Source of the DNA: Candidatus Pacearchaeota archaeon
Lineage (GTDB): Archaea; Nanobdellota; Nanobdellia; Pacearchaeales; GW2011-AR1
Assembly (NCBI GenBank): GCA_017609755.1
Contig: JAFCDI010000015.1
Span: 1-9,329, forward strand
Reading direction: 5' to 3'
DNA length: 9,329 nt
Shown: in pieces, positions 5,668-9,329 of the stretch
Numbering within the stretch: the stretch's first letter is position 1
Layout of the letters: every line of letters begins with the position of its first letter
Translations under genes and position numbers: made by a program
The notes under the pieces: model-generated
What the model was told of the DNA's origin: nothing
The model's input: the letters and a program-made list of their open reading frames with translations, nothing else
The model's database searches: none

Positions 5668-6607
5668 TTTTATTTGGATAGAACTCAAGAATATGATTAA
5701 CAATTAACTCTACCCAATTCTCTTCTCCCTCATCATAACCAGGTGTAGGATTGTTTTCAATAACAACTGGGCCATTTTCTGTGAGTTGTATATCCACTTC
5801 ATTTAAATTAGCCCCAATAGCTTTTGAAGCAAGAACAGCTAAATTACGTTCTTCTTCTGATGCTTCATAAGGAATTATTTTAGAACCATGATTACAACTT
5901 CCCATCCAAAATTTATTGTCTCCATTTCTAGAAACAAGTGTTCTTCCATAACTTATTAAAGGTTTACCATCAATTACTCCAATTCTAATATCATGATTTT
6001 TGTTTGGTTTTACAAATTCTTGAACAAGATATTTTCCTGAAATTATGTCTTTATCTCTTAAAACTTCTTCAAGTTTATTTAGATTGTCTATTTTTTGAAC
6101 ACCTATTCCTTTTCCTCCTGTATTTCTCTTTATAATCAAAGGAAAGGAAAATTCCGATGCAAAATAATTTGCTCCTCTTTCTCCTGTTATTTTCTCTGTT
6201 CTTGGAGTTGGAATAGCATATTTTTGCATACATTCAAAAGCAAAAAATTTATCATAATCTGCTGCACAAGCAGTTAAAGGATTTATTGTTTTACAATTCT
6301 CTTTACTTAACCAAGAAACAGCATTTAATCCTTTATTAATAACTTCTTGGCTTGCTTCACTAGGATAAATTCTATTCATCCAAATTTTATATCCTTTATG
6401 AACTAAATCTGATAATTCAGGCATTAAAATTTCTTCTGGATTTTTAACTAAAGAATAATCTCCACTAATTTTATTTGCATCAATAAGAACAACATCAATA
6501 TTTTTTTTCTCAAATTCTTTTTTAAAATAAGAAATATCCCAAGGTTCTACTCCCTTTTTATCGTACAAAATACCTACTTTTGTGTTTGAATATGCCTTTT
6601 CTTTCAT
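5660..6607 (-). CDS. RimK-family ATP-grasp ligase (alpha-L-glutamate-ligase-like), 315 aa from ATG 6607 (the track's 6616 start is a GTG)
   Basis: FPLIIKRNTGGKGIGVQKI, YLVQEFV, HDIRIGVIDGKP and NLNEVDIQLTENGPVVIENNPTPG parallel the RimK motifs PLVVK..GTQGIGV, LVQEYI, DIRCLVVGDE and GVDIL...GPLVMEVNASPG. The stop overlaps the next gene's ATG by 8 nt (ATGAGTAA, 5667..5660). Confidence 0.85.
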   Translation of the reverse strand: MKEKAYSNTKVGILYDKKGVEPWDISYFKKEFEKKNIDVVLIDANKISGDYSLVKNPEEILMPELSDLVHKGYKIWMNRIYPSEASQEVINKGLNAVSWLSKENCKTINPLTACAADYDKFFAFECMQKYAIPTPRTEKITGERGANYFASEFSFPLIIKRNTGGKGIGVQKIDNLNKLEEVLRDKDIISGKYLVQEFVKPNKNHDIRIGVIDGKPLISYGRTLVSRNGDNKFWMGSCNHGSKIIPYEASEEERNLAVLASKAIGANLNEVDIQLTENGPVVIENNPTPGYDEGEENWVELIVNHILEFYPNKNE

Positions 6608-6619
6608 TGCGATCACTTT

Positions 6620-6637
6620 CTATTTCATCCATTTCAT
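6620..6637 (-). CDS. 5-codon mini-ORF ATG AAA TGG ATG AAA TAG (MKWMK*) directly after the SD; speculative
   Basis: The ATG lies 3 nt after GGAGG. The ORF is in the same frame as the RimK-like gene. Its TAG stop is followed by AAA GTG ATC GCA and then ATG 6607. Confidence 0.25.
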   Translation of the reverse strand: MKWMK

Positions 6638-6646
6638 TCACCTCCC
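6638..6646 (-). promoter_or_regulatory. Strong Shine-Dalgarno-like site GGGAGGTGA
   Basis: Plus strand tcacctccc (6638-6646). This is the longest match to the canonical anti-SD that I found in the window. It is 21 nt from GTG 6616 and 30 nt from ATG 6607, too far to serve the ligase gene directly. Confidence 0.5.
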
Positions 6647-6726
6647 GATTAATAAAACTTTAATCATTACTTATTATAATTTGCTTTTATTTATAAATTT
6701 TTCGTACTTCTTATCAAGTAACAAAC

Positions 6727-6733
6727 AAAAAAA
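6727..6733 (-). terminator. Oligo-T tract (T7 on the minus strand) 9 nt after the Elp3 stop; possible archaeal intrinsic terminator
   Basis: aaaaaaa on the plus strand at 6727-6733. Archaeal RNAP terminates at oligo-T runs. A TATA-like TTTATAAAT follows (6690-6698) for the downstream operon. Confidence 0.3.
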
Positions 6734-6741
6734 TAGTAAAA

Positions 6742-8103
6742 TCAAAGATTTTTTACCATATAAGTGGATTCCAATTCATATCCTAAATTTCTATAATACT
6801 CTCTAACACCTATTCCAGAAATAACAAATAATTTGTTAATTTTCTTTTTTTTGGTAATTTCTTCTGCTTTTTTCATTAATATTTTTCCTAATCCTTTATG
6901 CTGAGAAATCTCTCCTTTCTCACCTAATTTCAAAGCTTGGCCATAAACATGAAGCTCTCTTACAATTGCTTTTTTATTAAAAATTCTTAATCTTAATAAT
7001 CCAAACAAGATATCATTTTTATTTACAAATTCTAAAAAATATTCTTTTCCATTTGAAGCAGAATATTTTGTTATTTTTAATTTTAAATCCAAATCAAGGA
7101 ATTTTTCTCTAGAAAGAGCAAATCCAATCTCACGATATCTTATTTCTTTAAGTTTAATTTTATTTTTTCTTAATTCTCTTTCAATTTCTTTACGTAAATC
7201 AATTCTAGTAGTTCCTGCAACCAAATATTCTGGAGGAATCTCTCTCATAATCCTCATTACCCTACAATATCTAGGAACAATCTTCAACATTTTTATTAAT
7301 ATTTTCTCAATTTCTTCTTTAGAATAAGGCAAATACTCTTTATTCCAATATCTTTTTTCTAGTTCAGAACCAGGCATAACCTGACAAGGATATAATTTTA
7401 ATTGATCTGGTTTAAATTTAGAATCTGTAAAGAGTTTTTTAAAGAGTTTTAAATCCTTTTTTATATTACTTCCAGGTAAACCCGGCATAATATGATATCC
7501 TATTTTAAATCCTGCATTTTTCAATGCTTTAGTAGCATCTATTACATCTTTTACTTTATGTCCTCTATTTACTAATTCATATATTTCGTCATCAATAATT
7601 TGAACTCCTAATTCAATTCGAGTAACTCCCCATCTCCTCAGTTTATCTATATGCTTTACACAAACATCTGGACGAGTCTCAATACAAAGTGCAACACATC
7701 TAGAACTAGAAATCTCATTTTTCCTCTGAGCTTCAGTTATACTACTCGAACAAACTCCATTTAATCCATCATAACAACCCTTAATAAAATTCTCTTGAAA
7801 ATTTTTAGAATATTCTAAAAAAGTTCCGCCCATAATAATTAATTCTATTTTATCTATTGGATGATTCATTGCTCTAAATGCTTTTAATCTATTTCTAATC
7901 TGCTTATAAGGATTATAATTAACTTCTCTTGCACGCATAACAACAGGGGATTTAGGAGTATAACTTTGAGGAACATTTAAATTAGGACAATAAATACATC
8001 CTCCATGATTACAGGGTCTAGGAGGAAGCATAACAGCTACAGGAGTTATTCCTGAAATTGTTTTTACAGGTTTTCTAATCTCTCCTTTCTCTGGTTTTTT
8101 CAT
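6742..8103 (-). CDS. elp3: Elp3-family tRNA U34 carboxymethyl (cm5U) synthase with a radical SAM + GNAT acetyltransferase fusion; 453 aa from ATG 8103 (the track's 8112 start is a GTG)
   Basis: Elp3-type Cx4Cx2C cluster motif CNHGGCIYC, then IMGGTFL, IETRPD, TRIELGVQ and GYHIMPGLPG. The C-terminal GNAT acetyl-CoA motif is QHKGLGKIL, followed by YYRNLGYE. The length and domain order are typical of archaeal Elp3. Confidence 0.9.
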   Translation of the reverse strand: MKKPEKGEIRKPVKTISGITPVAVMLPPRPCNHGGCIYCPNLNVPQSYTPKSPVVMRAREVNYNPYKQIRNRLKAFRAMNHPIDKIELIIMGGTFLEYSKNFQENFIKGCYDGLNGVCSSSITEAQRKNEISSSRCVALCIETRPDVCVKHIDKLRRWGVTRIELGVQIIDDEIYELVNRGHKVKDVIDATKALKNAGFKIGYHIMPGLPGSNIKKDLKLFKKLFTDSKFKPDQLKLYPCQVMPGSELEKRYWNKEYLPYSKEEIEKILIKMLKIVPRYCRVMRIMREIPPEYLVAGTTRIDLRKEIERELRKNKIKLKEIRYREIGFALSREKFLDLDLKLKITKYSASNGKEYFLEFVNKNDILFGLLRLRIFNKKAIVRELHVYGQALKLGEKGEISQHKGLGKILMKKAEEITKKKKINKLFVISGIGVREYYRNLGYELESTYMVKNL

Positions 8104-8115
8104 GAAAATCACAGA

Positions 8116-8133
8116 ATTTTTAACCTTAAAATA
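8116..8133. promoter_or_regulatory. Back-to-back TATA-like boxes in the 42-nt Elp3/Trm9 divergent spacer
   Basis: ATTTTTAA (8116-8123) is centred ~26 nt upstream of ATG 8146 on the plus strand. TATTTTAA (minus strand, 8133-8126) is centred ~26 nt upstream of ATG 8103. No SD precedes either start, which is consistent with leaderless mRNAs. Confidence 0.35.
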
Positions 8134-8145
8134 CTTGCTATCTCA

Positions 8146-8784
8146 ATGAATCAACAAGAAGTTTGGAATAAAATAGCAAAAAAATGGAAAAATTTTAGAA
8201 TTAATACAATCTATGAAGTAAAAGAATTTTTAAAAAATAAAAAAGGAAAAGTTTTAGATTTGGGTTGTGGAAGCGGAAGAAACTTTATTGAAAAAAAGGA
8301 TTTAGAATTTTATGGAATTGATTTTAGTGAAGAAATGGTTAAAATAGCAAGAAAAAAACCTTATAAAAAAGTTCTAGTATCCAATACATGGAAAATAAAG
8401 TTTCCAGACAATTTTTTTAATTATGCACTTTATATTTCTGCTCTCCATTGTATTCCTTCTAAAAAAAATAGAGAAAAGAGCTTAATAGAACTAGCAAGAG
8501 TTTTAAAACCAAAAGCAAGAGCGCTTATTAGTGTGTGGAATAAGGAACAACCTCAATTCAAAAACAAAGGAAAAGAAATCTACAGAAAATGGAGATTTCA
8601 AGATAATGGAAAAGAATCTTATGTAGAAAGATACTATAGACTTTACAATAAAAAAGAAATAACAAATCTATTAGAAAAATACTTTAAAATAATAAAGATT
8701 TATGGAAAAAACGAGAAAGGGGATAAAGGAACTCGTAGATTTTCAAGAAGAAACTTAAATATAGAAGTAGAAGTAAAAAAATAA
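8146..8784 (+). CDS. trm9: Class I SAM-dependent methyltransferase, Trm9/ALKBH8-MT-like (tRNA cm5U34 to mcm5U34 methyltransferase candidate), 212 aa
   Basis: SAM motif I VLDLGCGSGRN. The Trm9-like N-terminus is VWNKIAKKWKNFRINTIYEVKEFL (yeast VYNEIAPHFSQTRYKPWPIVTQFL). ISALHCIPSKKNREKSLIELARVLKPKARALISVWNKEQ parallels ISIAVVHHWSTRERR...GGQALIYCWALEQ. ERYYRLYNKKEI parallels YRYYHLYREGEL. The comparison is from memory. Confidence 0.7.
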   Translation: MNQQEVWNKIAKKWKNFRINTIYEVKEFLKNKKGKVLDLGCGSGRNFIEKKDLEFYGIDFSEEMVKIARKKPYKKVLVSNTWKIKFPDNFFNYALYISALHCIPSKKNREKSLIELARVLKPKARALISVWNKEQPQFKNKGKEIYRKWRFQDNGKESYVERYYRLYNKKEITNLLEKYFKIIKIYGKNEKGDKGTRRFSRRNLNIEVEVKK

Positions 8785-8786
8785 GC

Positions 8787-9287
8787 CTATTTCTTTCTAA
8801 TTATTTTCAAAATATCAAAAAAAGATTTTTTATCAAAAGAAATAATCTTGTTTGAAATTGGATTAATATTTACTTTTAACATTCCTAAACCAGAAACAAA
8901 AACAGTTGCAGTAATAACATCTTTTCCTTCTAAATTTTGAAGAGATAAAAGAATCTTTTGAATTTTGCTTTTAATTTTCTCTTCAATCATTCTATTTCTA
9001 ATTAATTTCTCTATTTCCTCTAAATCAAAATCATAATCTATAGAAAGTTTTCTAGGAATTTTATCTTCAAAACTCTCTAAAGGAACTTTTTCCACTCCAT
9101 TTTCTAATTTAAAACTAAATACCTTTTTCAAACTAGGAGCATAAACATCTAAATGTCTCTGAAAGTCAGATTTTTCAAAATCAATAACAAAAAATCCAGA
9201 GCAGATATATGCATCAGGATTCTTTAAAACAAAGTCTTTATATTCCTCAGAATCATTTAATTTTTCCAAATAAAAGCTTAAATTCAT
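8787..9287 (-). CDS. Hypothetical protein, 166 aa, no family recognised
   Basis: Clean ATG-to-TAG ORF, convergent with the methyltransferase (2-nt gap). TTATAAAA on the minus strand (9315..9308) sits ~25 nt upstream of the ATG. Composition is typical of the neighbouring genes. Confidence 0.6.
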   Translation of the reverse strand: MNLSFYLEKLNDSEEYKDFVLKNPDAYICSGFFVIDFEKSDFQRHLDVYAPSLKKVFSFKLENGVEKVPLESFEDKIPRKLSIDYDFDLEEIEKLIRNRMIEEKIKSKIQKILLSLQNLEGKDVITATVFVSGLGMLKVNINPISNKIISFDKKSFFDILKIIRKK

Positions 9288-9329
9288 ATCTAATTTAAAG
9301 AATTTTCTTTTATAAGTTTTAGTATATAA

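Noticed and set aside
6095-6277. Tracked 60-aa plus-strand ORF
   Set aside because: It is antisense inside the RimK-like gene. It is Cys/Ser/Phe-rich with no start context.
6620-6622. TAG read-through or pyrrolysine extending the RimK-like protein N-terminally to the SD-proximal ATG (6637)
   Set aside because: TAG is used as the ordinary stop of two other genes in this window (2910-2912 and 8787-8789). Nothing Pyl-related is visible.
6582-6806. Tracked 74-aa plus-strand ORF
   Set aside because: It spans the 3' end of Elp3, the intergenic spacer and the 5' end of the ligase gene on the wrong strand. It is an extreme F/I/N/Y low-complexity product of AT-rich DNA.
1-9329. CRISPR arrays, rRNA genes, transposases, integrases, toxin-antitoxin pairs or known defence genes
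   Set aside because: I found no spaced direct-repeat arrays and no ORFs with recognisable nuclease, integrase or transposase motifs on either strand. The only notable direct repeats are the intragenic 99-mers and the tRNA 3'-end duplicate.

Overview
AT-rich window (roughly 70% A+T by eye) that looks archaeal, most likely from a small-genome DPANN-type lineage. The evidence is a tRNA with a canonical bulge-helix-bulge intron at 37/38, no encoded CCA, an Elp3/Trm9 pair, and TATA-like boxes about 26 nt upstream of several start codons. Left to right: (1) A long minus-strand ORF (1..1483, 494 codons, open to the window edge) is missing from the supplied ORF track. It encodes a sequon-rich, repeat-containing secreted surface protein, and its signal peptide (1589..1464) lies in a different reading frame. 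(2) A 380-nt AT-rich spacer carries an array of GTARGAAAA motifs upstream of a small RHH-like gene. (3) tRNA-Ile(UAU) has a 46-nt intron and is followed by a partial copy of its own D/T/acceptor 3' parts, interrupted by a 51-nt double hairpin. (4) A small PspC-domain membrane protein. (5) tRNA-Glu(UUC). (6) A translationally coupled four-gene minus-strand operon encodes three different ATP-grasp ligases (RimK-like, glutathione-synthetase-like, one divergent) and a peptidase S66 (LD-carboxypeptidase/MccF-like) enzyme. It is preceded by the strongest Shine-Dalgarno site in the window, which fronts a 5-codon mini-ORF. (7) Elp3 (radical-SAM/GNAT tRNA U34 modifier) is divergently paired with a Trm9-like methyltransferase. 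(8) A convergent hypothetical protein. The best candidate for an undescribed system is the ATP-grasp x3 + S66 peptidase operon, possibly a ribosome-independent peptide build-and-trim or toxin/immunity module. No CRISPR array, rRNA, transposase or integrase was seen. All family assignments rest on motifs I recognised by eye; no searches were run.
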